64,000 nt of DNA, taken from Ginglymostoma cirratum (taxonomy: Eukaryota). The stretch covers positions 33,154,644-33,218,643 of the forward strand of contig JAHRHZ010000024.1 in the NCBI GenBank assembly GCA_024137785.1. The letters are read 5' to 3'. Below are positions 13,089-25,458 of this stretch, piece by piece. The position numbers and the translations under genes are program-made. Every line of letters starts with the position of its first letter. Position 1 is the stretch's first letter. The notes beneath the pieces were generated by a model. It worked only from the letters and a program-made list of their open reading frames with translations. It ran no database searches and was not told the origin of the DNA.

Positions 13089-13120
<32 letters not shown>
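13087..13120. repeat. (TC)n microsatellite
   Basis: About 17 TC units with one interruption. Confidence 0.95.
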
Positions 13121-13451
13121 ACTGAATTTTTCTCAAATGGTAGCACCATTTTCATTTAGCATCCATAAGAAATGGAATGGAGGGTCTAGTTCAGGGTCAG
13201 AGTTAGCAACAGGAAGTCACTGGGCAACTACAGCTAACCCCAGATTTGTAGATAGGGACTGAGGACCAATTCCATGCAATATCTGAGCCTCCTGGTTTAG
13301 TTGACACTGCTGAGTCCAATCGTGGAAACAGACTCACAACAAAATCTTTAAATTTTAATGCAAGTTCAGACCATTCCTAATAATTCAAATACAAAAGCAA
13401 AATACTGGGAATCTGAAATGAGAGGAGAAAATGCTAGAAATGCTAGAAATA

Positions 13452-14548
13452 ACAACAAGCCCATGGCAGGCGCCATCTCCCTTGCCTTACACTCATCCCT
13501 GGAACATTTGGGTAATAAGGATATCTACGTCAGTCTTGAACATACTGGCTACAGCTCCACCTTCAGTACTATAACTCCAACCAAACTAATCTCCAAACTC
13601 GGAGACCTAGATCGCTGCTCCACCCTCTGAAACTGGATCCTCGAATTCCTGACCCACAGACCGCAATCAATCAGTGAAGACATACAACAGCACCTCCTCC
13701 ACGATAAACCTTAACACAAAGATGCGCAGTTATCCCCTACTGTACTCCCAATACACTCATGACAGTATGGCCAAATGTCGTCCAAACTCTATCTACAGTT
13801 TTGCTGATGACACCAATGTCATAGGCCAGGTATCAAAAAATGACGGGACAGAATACAGGAAAAGAGATACAGTGCTTGGTGACATGATGCGAAGACAACA
13901 ATCTCTCCCTCAACGTCTGCAAAACAAAACAGCCGATCATCAACAATCTGTCCTGAACCACTCACATTGATGCAACAATCAAGAAGGCACAACAATGCTT
14001 CTTCTTCTTCTGGAGGCAAAAGGAATTTGGCATGCCCATAAGGACTCTCAGCAACTTTTATTGATGCACCGTAAAAAGCATTCTACCTGAATGCATTACG
14101 GCTTGGTATGTCAACTGCTCTTCCCAGGACCGTAAGAAACTACACAAAGTGGTGAGCACAGCCCAGTCCAACATGCAAACCAACTTTCCAACCATTGCCT
14201 ACATCTGCACTTCTCGATGTCTCGGAAGGGCAGCCAACGTGATCAAAACCTCCTGCCACCTTGATATAATCTCTTCCAACCTCTTCCGTCGGGCAGAACA
14301 TACAAAAGCTTAAAACACACATACCAAAAGGCTCAAGGGCAGCTTCTTGTCCACAGCTATTAGACTTCTGAACTTGAAATCTAATGCTGATCTTGCCTTT
14401 TGTGCACCTTCTTTGCAGCCATTACCTTGTATTCCTCACTCTGTTCAATCACCCTATGATCTTTCTATGTTATGATCTGCCTGTACCACACACAAAACAA
14501 AACTTTGCAATGTACTTGGGTACTTGTGACAATAATAAATAAAATCAA
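13452..14548 (+). mobile_element. Rex1/Babar LINE 3' portion, inserted in an older Penelope-derived repeat
   Basis: AISLALHSSLEHLGNKDIYV..YSSTFSTITPTKLISKL and IYSFADDT RT motifs; tail gtgacaataataaataaaatcaaat; host repeat aatgctagaaata|ttcagca flanks it. Confidence 0.88.
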
Positions 14549-14784
14549 ATATTCAGCACGTTTTGAAGAGACAAAAGAAGAAGGTCACTGACTTGAAAGG
14601 CTAACTTATTTCTCTCTCCAAAGGTCCTGAGCAAATCTGATTTTTTTTTTCTAATAATGGTAATTAAGCTGTGTAAAACGTAGGAAATTGCTTCAAAGTT
14701 GATAAGTTGAATCAAGAGTGTAAATCACAAACCCCCCCTTATCCTATTAAGATACACTAAACAGGGCCGATGATCTTGGCCCTG

Positions 14785-14881
14785 TTCTGAGGAAGGGTCA
14801 CTGGACCCAAAACATTAACTCTTTTCTCCTTCACAGATGCTGCCAGACCTGCTGAGCTTTTCCAGCAACTTTGTTTTTGTT
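14785..14881 (+). mobile_element. Penelope family B solo unit starting at the hammerhead
   Basis: ctgaggaagggtcactggacccaaaacatt; imperfect 15-bp TSD gccgatgatcttggc / gcccatgatcttgcc at 14766-14780 and 14882-14896. Confidence 0.8.
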
Positions 14882-15727
14882 GCCCATGATCTTGCCACTT
14901 AAATACAACACTGACCAGTTACAAAGTTTCTGCATGCCTTTCACTCTTAGCTAATGTTCATATCACTGGAAAATGATGGGTGGGAAATACCCATTAATTT
15001 ACTTCATTCAACTTTGTTTTTGATAACTGCAATGTGAGAATATTTCACCAATGAGACTCAAGAGGCTTACCCCATCAATGGCAGGATGAAAGCAAACCAA
15101 ATAAATTATGCAGCTAGATAATAATAGATTGCGGTGCCACATTTCTCTAGATTTATGTTACAGGGCATGCTTACTCCTTGAGTGCAATGTGTAGAAAATA
15201 AATGAAGGAGATCCAAGACCTCAAACTTCAGCAGTTCAGACTAGTCCCAGGTTTCTCCCAGTGTGTGGACCCAAATGCTCAGACTGATGAAGTAACGACT
15301 ATGAGTTACCTGACATTAAACCTTTCTCTTGGATCACTGGTGGAGCATAAATAATCAAATGTGAACCTTTGGCTTTGCACCCAGCACCGCTGACAGAGAC
15401 ATCTTAAAGTTCTTTGTTTGTCTCAGGGTCAAAGACTGGTGGTCGACTCTTGTTCCTCTTTTTGAGCAGAAGCCTGAATCAACCCAGAAACAAACTTATT
15501 CAGAACCTTCTCAGGCACACTGTGCCCAGGTGAAAGAGGAGCACAGAGGAAAATAAAACAATCTTATCATCTTAAAGGTTTCTTAACTATTAAACTCATC
15601 TATGCTAAACCACGAGATTAATGAATACAGGTCCCTCCACAAAAAGTAAGCCAACCAAGATAACGACTATTTTATCTTGCCTCCCTTCAATATTTTCCTT
15701 GACTAGCACCTTCTGAAGTAATCATTC

Positions 15728-16157
15728 TGGCTTAGTTGCTAATGTTCTCACCTCTGAGTCAGAAGGCTCTGGATTTAAGTCCTACTGTAGTAATTTGAAC
15801 AGGGGAAATAGAGGGTAAATAAGCGCTGCATTCCTGGACCTACCACCTTTTAGAAGAAATGTCCAATCAAGTTAAATCTGCTCTCTCATGTTGATGTAGA
15901 AGATCCCTTGGCATTGGTTTCAAATGAGAGCAGTGGAGTTATTCCTGATGTCATGGTCAATATTAACTCTCAATCAACATCTCAGAAGCAGATTATTTTG
16001 TTGCTATTACACTGCAGTTGGTTGAGCGCTTGCTGTGGACACAGTGACTTGCATATTTCCGACAGCACTATAGTGGCTACCTTCAAAGGTAATCAAAAGC
16101 CTACGGGAGTGCATTGAGATTATGAAAGGCACTTAAAAATTGCAAGTCCTTCTTTCC
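15728..16157 (+). mobile_element. Deu-domain SINE (SacSINE1-like), full length, old
   Basis: tRNA head tggcttagttg..ggatttaagtcc; Deu-like core gatgtagaagatcccttggcatt..gagcagtggagttattcctgatgtc; L2-type tail gaaaggcacttaaaaattgcaagt. Confidence 0.82.
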
Positions 16158-17113
16158 TTGCTAGTAACTGTAAATTAACTCAAAAGTAGAAACAACTCCT
16201 CAGAGAACATTATATGAACAGGATTCTGTTGTCAAACTAAAAATGTGCACATCCATCAAATAACTGAGGAACGTAACATGAATTTGAGTGGCTGTGTGAT
16301 GCCAGGTATGTAGGACATACATCTCAACAGGTGCCAGACTGTATTAAACAACATATCCTGTTGACCGTTTCCAGCAAGTAGCATCCACTTGTGCTTGCAA
16401 GTTACAGAAAAGTATTTCCACCATGAGATGTGATCGTCTATTAGCAATCAGCTATTAAATGATCCAAACTGTGTTCCACAACAACACTGAAAACCATTTT
16501 CAGATCATCAGCCGGGTTCACGGTAAGATGCATTCGAGTGTTCTAACAGTTACACAAATACCGTTTTACGTAGGCAAAAAGGCATTTGCACCTTTCCAAA
16601 AAAAGGGAGACAATCCATGCTGCATCTCTACAAAAACACCCTGATCAATCAGAATCTACCTGCCTGGGTTGAGAATCAAACTTGATGGTGAACTAGTCTT
16701 GCTGCATCCCCATGCAAATCAGTACCCTCTTTTCAAGTTAAATAAAATGGTGCTTTGCCATTCAAGCCTGTTTCTCGTGCCCTTTTTTGGGGAGTGCAGG
16801 ATGAATAGCTTCAATTTCTAGTCTCCTTTTAGCAATATTCAAGTCCTTAAAGGACAATGAGAAGTTATTGGATTAGGTGTTAAGTGTTCAGAGAGAAAAT
16901 AGTGCAGTGTATATTGGTCCCAATGATCCAATCACAACTACACTGTCACAAAAATTCTGCGTTAGAAACACAAATTTGCACAATTGCTATGCCATGCTTG
17001 GTTTTATAATGGTCCTGTGAAATGCATTGAGATGTTTTATTACATTAAAGGCACCGTATCAATACAGTTGGTTTTTTCCTAACTTAGTGGAATAGGACAA
17101 TAACCTAAAGCAT

Positions 17114-17244
17114 TTCTGAAGAAGGGTCTAGGCCCGAAACGTCAGCTTTCCTGCTCCTCTGATGCTGCTTGGCCTGCTGTGTTCATCCAGCTCTACACCT
17201 TGTTATCTCAGGTTCTCCAGCATCTGTAGTTCCTGCTATCTCTC
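17114..17244 (+). mobile_element. Penelope family A solo ~130-nt unit (hammerhead plus terminal repeat plus tail)
   Basis: Starts ttctgaagaagggtctaggcccgaaacgtc, ends tcctgctatctctc; possible TSD aagcat at 17108-17113 and 17245-17250. Confidence 0.9.
17116..17143 (+). ncRNA. Minimal type I hammerhead ribozyme motif
   Basis: CUGAAGA-A-GGGU(CUAG)GCCC-GAAA-CGUC; stem I weak in this copy. Confidence 0.7.
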
Positions 17245-18078
17245 AAGCATACATGCTGTCTTTTCCTGAGTTTACTTCTGAAGATCAAATGTAAAATTAC
17301 CACACAGAAGCATTTAGGAGAAAAACCAGTTACAAAGAGCCCAAAAAAGGTCTGCAGTGAGTGAAGGATATTTTTGTTTCGCATGTTATTGGTGGGCAGA
17401 GGATGTGGGGTCTTTGATTCTCTGCTTAGGAATTTATTTCTTGCAGCATCGTGGATAACAATGAGAAGTAACTCTCAGATTAATGGAGAGCACCTAAGAA
17501 TGTATTATTTTCTTTATCTAATTGGTAGAACAAAGCATGACTAATTACTGCCTTCAGTCATCTACAGTCATTTGTCATGCCCATTTACTGGTGTCTCACT
17601 ACTTAGTAGAGAAGAGCAGGAAAAAAAACAATAAAAATATTTTTGTCCATTTTAAATCCTAGTTCTTCTATGCTGTCAGTTTCTTCAGCAGCAGCAAATC
17701 ATTGCATGCATTGTGGCCAATAACAATATGAGGGATCAGTGTTAGCAATTAGAAATTCATCTACATTCAGTTAATGTGAATTCTTCAGGATCCCATCAGG
17801 AAATTAGATTCAGGAAAATTAGCATGCAACTCAAACTCATTCCAGTATATTAAAAAGGGTGGAAAAAAAAAACAGATGTCTGCTAGAATCAAACCCAGTT
17901 GAGAACAGGACCATGCACTGTCAGTCTACTCATCTTGCTCCATTTTTAGGCTACCTTCACTCAGGAGTTTAACCAATTATTTCTGAAAAAGTTAATTATC
18001 TGATAAGATACATGTGCTTGGTACTGATACTGGAACATTTGGCTAAATGTAATATTTCACAGGGAAGAAAGCAAAACA

Positions 18079-18414
18079 GGAGGTGATAGCCTAGTGGTAT
18101 TATCGCCAGACTATTAATTCAGAAACTCAGTTAATGTTGTGCGGGCTGATGGCAGATGGTGGAATTTGAATTCAATAAAAATCTGGAATTAGGAGACTAA
18201 AGATGGCCAGGAATCCATTATCAATTGTTGGGAAAAACCCATCTGGTTCACTAATGTCCTTTAAAGAAGGAAACTGCCATCTTTACCTGGTCTGGCCTAC
18301 ATGTGATTCCAGACCCACAGCAATGTGGTTGACTCTTAACTGCCCTCTGGGTAATTAGGGATGGACAATAAATACTGGTCTATCCAGCAATACCCTCCTC
18401 CTATCAATGAATAA
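18079..18414 (+). mobile_element. tRNA-headed SINE (B box deleted in this copy)
   Basis: ggaggtgatagcctagtggtatt head; body-to-tail junction tgccctct|gggtaattaggg is the same as in the 6528-6886 copy. Confidence 0.9.
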
Positions 18415-18427
18415 TTTTTAAAACAAG

Positions 18428-20870
18428 CAGATAGGGAATTTGAATTCAACAAAAAAAAAAATCCAGAATTAAGAATCTATTGATGACCATGAAACCATTA
18501 TCAATCGTCAGAAAAACCCCATCTGGCACACTAACGTCCTTTAGGGAAGGAAATCTGCCATCCTCATTGAAGTAACTCCAGCAAGGGTGATATCCTATCA
18601 CCAAGTCATCCTTCATTTACATGTGGAGAGTCCTTGACACTGATCCAGCTCCCTCAGAGCCAGCTCCAAGATTGAACAGATTGTCTGTTTATGCCTATCA
18701 GCCAGAGCTCCCTGATTGGGGCTGTTATCCTGGTCCAAACAGGGAAATCACATTCTATGAGGTCCACCTGGCTGATCTTGTTATAATCACTACTCACTAG
18801 GTGTGGCCTATGTGATTCCACAGCCACAACCATTGGTTGACTCTCAACTGCCCACAGAACTGGCCTAGCAAGCCACTCAGTTACAACAATCGCTATGAAG
18901 TCTCAACAAAGAAAGCAAACTAGACAGACCACCTCACCTAGGCATCGGAAATGGAAATGACAAAAAAACAACCCTGTCGAACAGGCAAAGTACTCCTTAC
19001 AAAAATGTGGGGGTTAGTGCCAAAATTGGGATATCTGTCTCACAGACTAATCAAACAACAACCTGACATTGTCTGTTTCTGTAAATATGACTATGTTCCA
19101 GTCACTGCAATCACCATCCTTGGATATGTCCTGTGCTACCGGCAGGACAAATGCAGCAGAGGTGGCAGCACAGTAGTATACAGTCAGGAGGGAGATGTCC
19201 CGAGAGTCCTCCAGAGCCTAGAAGTTCATGGTATCAGGTTAAACATGAACAAGGAAACATTGTGCTGATTACCACATACCGCATTCCCTCAGTTGATGAA
19301 TCAGTATGGCTTCACACTGAACGGCACACTGAAATTGGCAAGGGTGCAAAATGTACGCTGGGTGTGGGGTTTCAACGCCCACTATCAACAATGGCTCAGC
19401 AGTAACACTACTGATCAAGCTCATTGGATTCTAAAGGACATAACTGCTAGATTGTGTTTGCATCAGCTGATGAGAGAACCAACAAGAGGGAAAAGCGTAC
19501 ATATCCTTACCAATCCGCCAAATACAAATGCATCAGTCCATAACAGAATCAGTAAAAGTGACCACTGTACAGTCCCTGTGGAGATTAAGTTCCATCTTTA
19601 CATTGAGAACAGCCTTTATTCAAGACTGGCCACCTATGAGACACTGCTGGCCATCAACATAACACAATCTGCAACAATCATGGCCTGGCATATGCCCCAT
19701 TTAATCATTACAATCAAGCCAGGGGATCAACGCTGGTTCAATGGAGAATTAAGGAAGGTATGCCAGGAAAGGCCTCAGGCATACGTTAAAATGAGGTGTC
19801 AGTCTGGTGAAGCTATCGAACAGAACTGCTTGTGTACCTAACAGCATAAGTAGTAAACGAGAGGCAAAGTTAAGTGATCTCAGGACGAACAGATCAGATC
19901 TGAACTCTGAAGTTCCGCCACATCAAATGTGAATGATGATGGACAATTGAATAACTCACAGGAAGAGAAGGGGACTCCACAAATATCTCATCCTCAACAT
20001 ATCAATACAAAAAAATAAGGATGAAGCAAAATTTTGCCAGAAGTGCTGAATGGATGAACTATCTTGCTCTTCTACAGTGGTCACTGATGCCAGTTTTCTG
20101 CCATTCAATTCACTCCATGGGGTATCAATAAATGGCTGGAGCACTAGATACTCAAAGGCTACAGGCTCTGACAACATTTCAGCAATAGCACTGAAGACTT
20201 GTGCTCCAGAACTTACCATTCACGTCATCAAGCTCTTCCAGTACATTTATAACACTGGCATTGACTCAACAATATGGAATATTACTCAGGTATGTCCTGT
20301 ACACAAAAAGCAGGACAAATCCATCCTGGTCAGTCGTGAGCCCATCAGTCTCCTCTCTACCATCAGTAAAATGCTGGGAAGTGTCATCAACAGTGCTATC
20401 AAGCAGCAGCTACTCAGTGACACCCAGTTTGGGATCCACCAGGGCCACTCAGCTCCTAACCTCATTACACTCCTGGTTCAAACATGGACAAAAGAGTTGA
20501 ATTCCAAAGGTGAGGCAACAAGCCCTTGACTTCATAGCTGCATTAGACTGAGTGTGGCAACAGGGAGCCCTAGCAAAACTGGAATCAATGGGAATCAGGG
20601 GGTAATTTCTCCACCGGTTGGAGTCATATCTAGCACCTAAGTCAGTCATCTGCACTCCAATACCTATCTCCAGGAGTTCCTCTGGGTAGTGTCCTTGGGC
20701 CAACCATTTTCAACCGCTTCATCAATGTCCATCCATCCATCCATCACGAGATCAGAAGTGGGAATGTTCACTAATGTTCAGCACAATTTACAACTCCTCA
20801 GATAATGATGCAGTCCATGTTCAAATGCAACAACATTTGGACAATATGCAACCTCAGGCTGACAAGAGGC
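18428..20870 (+). mobile_element. CR1-group LINE with SINE-like 5' UTR and a single decayed APE+RT ORF
   Basis: KVLLTKMWGLVPKL..QQPDIV and GFNAHYQQW (APE); KATGSDNISAIALKTCAPEL..PISLLS..QFGIHQGHS (RT); 5' part colinear with the SINE body. Confidence 0.9.
18568..18793 (-). mobile_element. Probable solo LTR inserted in the LINE 5' UTR
   Basis: ~225 bp insert interrupting ccatcctcac|ctggtctggcc; ends tgaagtaac..atcacta(c); 4-5 bp TSD ctcat/ctcac. Confidence 0.6.
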
Positions 20871-20894
20871 AAAAAAAAAATTCATGACAATAAA

Positions 20895-21250
20895 TTACAG
20901 TCAATGATAAATTGCTTCATCATGTGAAGAGGTGCAAATAGTAACGAGCATTGTGCAATCATCAGCGAATATCCCCACTTCTGACCTTATGATGGAGGTA
21001 AGGTGTCTGATGAAGCAGCTAAAGATGGTTTGGCCAAGAACACTACTTGAGCAGTTTCCTGCAATGATTGGCTGGCTCCGAGACGATTGACCCTCGACAA
21101 TCAACGGCCATCTGCTTTTGTATAAGATATGCCTCCAACCGGGGAGAACTTTCTTTCTAATTCCCACTGACTTCAGTTTTGCCAGGGCTTCTTGAAGCCA
21201 TATTTAGTCAAATGCTGTCTTGGTGTCAAGTGCCATCACACCTACCGGAG
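20895..21250 (-). mobile_element. Inverted RT fragment of the same LINE family
   Basis: SVLGQTIFSCFI..IIRSEVGIFADDCTM. Confidence 0.85.
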
Positions 21251-21974
21251 TGCTTTTATTTAAGTGATTAGTGTTTTTCCAAAGCTTCAGTTGAAGGAAT
21301 TAAGCAGTTTTGCACTTAAACAGGGGAATTTATGATTCATTCATTTTATAGACAAGGAATCCTGCAACACCCACGAGCCCCCAAGCCTTAATAGTTGAAC
21401 TTTTCCCAAGCAAATGAAGTCTCACTAAAGATGGGCAATTTTGGAGATTACAGTGGTCTGGTGTGTGGTGCCCAATCTTACGGACTGAAGAATGGCCTTG
21501 ACTTACTCTCCAGCCAGCATCTGAAGGGTTACTGGAACAGCATTAGGCTAAAGCAGGAAGGGAAGTCAAACTTGTGTTATTTATCTTTTCCAGCCAGCTG
21601 CAGCAGTGGAAAGAAAAATTGGAGACTCAAGTTTTTTTCTTATCTTATTCTAAGTTAATATGAATGGTGCCATGTATGTATGACGAAGGTACATACTTTC
21701 CACTGTAGTTTTACATTGAATACACGTGACAATAAATGATTCAATAATCAACCAAATGCTGACTTAGTGTCAAGCATGCACACACTCACCCTACCTGAGT
21801 GCTTTTGTTTAAGTGATTAATATTTTTCCAAAGCTTCAGTTGAACAAATTAAGCAGCTTTGCATTTAAACAGGGGAATGATTCATTTTATAGACTGGGAA
21901 TCCTGCAAAATTCATGAGCCCCCAAGCCTCAATTGTTAAATTTTCCCCAAGCAAATGAGGTGTCACTAAAGATG
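21209..21974. repeat. Local direct duplication of ~225 bp (21209-21433 and 21753-21974)
   Basis: Shared blocks gtgctttt..taagtgatta..tttttccaaagcttcagttgaa..taaacaggggaat..gagcccccaagcct..aagcaaatga..tcactaaagatg. Confidence 0.9.
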
Positions 21975-21994
21975 TCAGCCTTGTGTAGTGACAT

Positions 21995-22535
21995 TGGACA
22001 GAATTTTCAATTCTCACTGGAGGCAGGAAGGCCTGAAAATTGAATGAGAGCTGCATGCCAGTTTTGTGGCTCTGGGCTCTTATGGCAGAAACAGATTCAG
22101 GGCATGGGTGACTGCTTACCCACAAGCCTGCAGCAGCAAATGACTGAATTGAAAGGTCAATATAGCAGAGTGGGAGAGGACAGCATTTAATATCTGTGTA
22201 CCACTCCCACTATCACAGACATGATCGTGAAATGGTCACAGTTGAAGCCCTGGACTCTGTAAAAGGGCTCATCTGCCAGACGACCGGCCCGTTCGTAGCT
22301 GCAGCCAGTTTTATTCTCACCTTCTCCAAAAAGTCTTCTCTGTCCTCTACACTGGCAGCACTCAAAGGGAGTGGCCTTACTGGCCCTCTAGCTTGGAGAG
22401 ACCATCTACCTGCAAGCACACCAATCAGTCTCTGACCTCTAAATTAGGCATCCTTTTAAAAACTGCCTCAGCCATTGGGTATGATTCCGCATGTGCGAAT
22501 GTCAGGGTCCCAAACCTGGAACAAAATTTCAGCCT
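21995..22535. mobile_element. Possible decayed non-autonomous DNA transposon (Harbinger-like termini)
   Basis: GC-richer island bounded by ggacagaattttc and aaaatttcagcc; similar ends at 5879-6054. Confidence 0.35.
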
Positions 22536-22729
22536 ATTGAGCCAAGACAAAAGCTGGTAAGGGTGTGATGGCTCCCAAGGCCAAAGACTCAGAAGAACAT
22601 CAGCAAACTAGCAGGAATTTGAAACCACAGCTGCTTTTCAACCATTTTCCCACACCATCCCCAGATTTCTTTTTCTTTTTAATATTTCAAAATAGATTTA
22701 TTTCTGTCATGAACATACTCAATGAATGA

Positions 22730-22985
22730 GCCACCATGGTCATCTGGGGCAGAGAATTCCAAAGACTTGCCACCCTGAATAAAGAAATTCCTCCTTATCT
22801 CAGCCTTAAATTGTCTGCCCCTTATGCTGAGACTATCCCCTTTGATACTAGACCCCCAAACTAAGGAAATGCTCCAATAATATCTGTCCTGTCAATCACT
22901 GAAAGAACCCTGTGCATTAAAATGAGATCACCTCTCATTCTTTTAAACTCCAAACAATATGAGCCCACTCTATTTAATTGCTATG
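22730..22985 (-). mobile_element. CR1 3' fragment
   Basis: ggggcagagaattccaaaga..aagaaattcctccttatctcag..gatcacctctcattcttttaaactcc, similar to 8670-8900. Confidence 0.75.
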
Positions 22986-23849
22986 TACTTTCTCACACAA
23001 AGCATGGGGACAGAGAGCTGTTCCCCAGCATTCCACTATATATTTCCGGCAAGAGGTTAAGAGAAGGGTTGAAAGTCTGAGGAGAAGGGGTAATAATTAC
23101 AATGCATATTGGAATGCAGGAAATCAGATATTGGCTTGCCCTGGATTCTTAGATTCCTGAATGGTCCTAAATGCTAAAAGAGGGTCAAGCACATTGTCAT
23201 GGGAATTGAAACAGGCCAACAGGTGCAGACAGTTCAGTAGAAACTCCCTTTCTGCTCATTGGAAAGTGCTGAAAGAAAAGGAGGAAATTTAAAGCTGAAA
23301 ATTAGTTGCTGTATCAGGAAGAAAAATCCCAATAATTGTATTTTTTCAAGATGCTAATTGAAATACTGTTATTTCAGGTTCTAACCTGAATTGAGGATAA
23401 TGTAGGTATTTACATTCACTGTAGCAGACATAAAAACAAACAGAATTTTACCAGGCATAGCAAGGCCAGGTCCTTTTCTCTATCCTCAATGCAATGTATG
23501 ATGACAGAAAATTTTACAATGATTTACCTACTTCCTTGCACGTCAATGATGACTGACATCCTTTGCAAAGAATGCGTTGTTGAAGAGTGACAATCTACAG
23601 ACTGTTCCCACTCTTTTATCAGTAGCTTCTGCAAACATGTAATTCATAAAGCACCTGCATGGGGTGACTATATATTTCACATGTTCTGCTTTTGAAGAGA
23701 ATCAAAACACATTCTTTCCGTGGTTAGTTATTTTGTCATCTTGATGTGAATTAACATTCCAAACAACATAGCCAGGCCACTTTACAGCTAGCTGAAGCCA
23801 CTTCAATCAGCACAAAGGCTTTAGATGCACAAAGTCTCATCTATGGAGA

Positions 23850-24415
23850 TGCATGACAAATCTGTATCATCCTTGGGAACTCAGTTCCACATTAGTCTTG
23901 GGATGACCTTCCACTTCCACCATCCACAGAAATTGAGCTCATCCAATACTCTGCAGCCTACATCCTAACTTGCCCTAAATACCCTCTACCATCATCTGTA
24001 CTTCCTGACTTACTCTGGCTCCCAATTAAGAAACTCTTCAACTTCAAAAATGTCTATCCTTGTAACACCAATCCTCTGAAGGCCTCATTCCTCCCTACTT
24101 CTCTCACCTCCTCTGCCCCACAACACTCCAATATCTGCACCTCTTAACCCTGACCTCAATCCCAATTTTAAATAGCTCCAGTCTAGGCAACCGGTATTCA
24201 GGTATGGTTCTAAGATTTATTATTCCCTCCCTAAACCCATCAGCCTTGCTTTCTCTCCCTCCTCCTTTTGAGTGGTCTGAGAAACCTAACTCTTGGACCA
24301 AGTTTCGGTTGTCTCCATGTACAGCACAAGGTCAAAGTTTGTGTAACAATGGTCCTGTGATGTAGCTTGGGCCACTTGGCTATTTCTCGATGCTATATAA
24401 ATGCAAGTTGATGTT
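23850..24415 (+). mobile_element. L2 LINE 3' end, decayed
   Basis: Reads KLELIQYSAAYILT..VLPDLLWLPIK..FNFK allowing frameshifts; tail tgctatataaatgcaagttg. Confidence 0.8.
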
Positions 24416-25458
24416 GGGTCTTGTCTTGTAGACATCTGCGAAGGTCTCAGGTGTAAAATTTGAACTGATTATTTCTGACAGCACATTACAATGAATGCAG
24501 GCCAGGCAGGTCCATCCAGGGCTGTGGAAAAGCTGGAACAAGCATCAGCTCATACACATTCACTTGTTGTTTGGAGTATCATCATAGGTCTGAAACTAGT
24601 TTGCCTGCTCAACCATTCAGAACTGAACTGGTGGCCAGCAAAAAGGATTCTGAAGGTGATAGTAGAGGAATGAAAAAAAAAATTCAAGTAAATATGAATC
24701 CAATTAATCCTTGGACAGTTCCAACCACCACCATTTATAAATGGATCCATCCAAGTGTTTGATGAATAGACACAAGCAAGTCTGTTTGCAATCTGATCAA
24801 GTGGTATTGAGTTATTGAAGTAATAATTTATTCTTCACAGACCGAAAGACAATGACATAAAACAAATTCCCCTTCCAGTGAAGCAAACGAATTAAATATC
24901 AGATTCATTATCTAATGACATAAACTCACATGCAGCATTTGATGAAAATCTGGTAACACAAAGCCTTCCCATTTCTGACCACAGAGATAAAATGAAATAA
25001 ATGTCATATGATTTAACCCTGATTTATTATCCCAATCACTCATCCAGATAAGTCATGATAAAACAGCAGATCACCTCGTTTAATCAATGGTACAAGCTAA
25101 CTGATGCAGAGTAATTTTAATCACAGTTCCTGCTGGAGACGAGAACTTGCTGTGGACCATGAACTAGTGTTGGGTGCAGCACTTTAAGAGTTCAAACTCT
25201 GAGATACAGAGGGAAAAATATAATATCCTGCCCATGTAGGTAAAGTATATTGAATAAGGAGATATGGAAATGCACACACTTTACAAATATAATCATAAAA
25301 TATTGTGAGTAATTTGTAAAGAGCCTTCCCACAACAATGATAAGAAAGAGGCTTCAGTTGCCCACTATTTCAAATCACTTTTATGCCATCTGATGTACAC
25401 ATGGTGAGGTATTTTTCACCGATGGAATATCTTCTCATGTTGAGCACTTACCAAAAAC

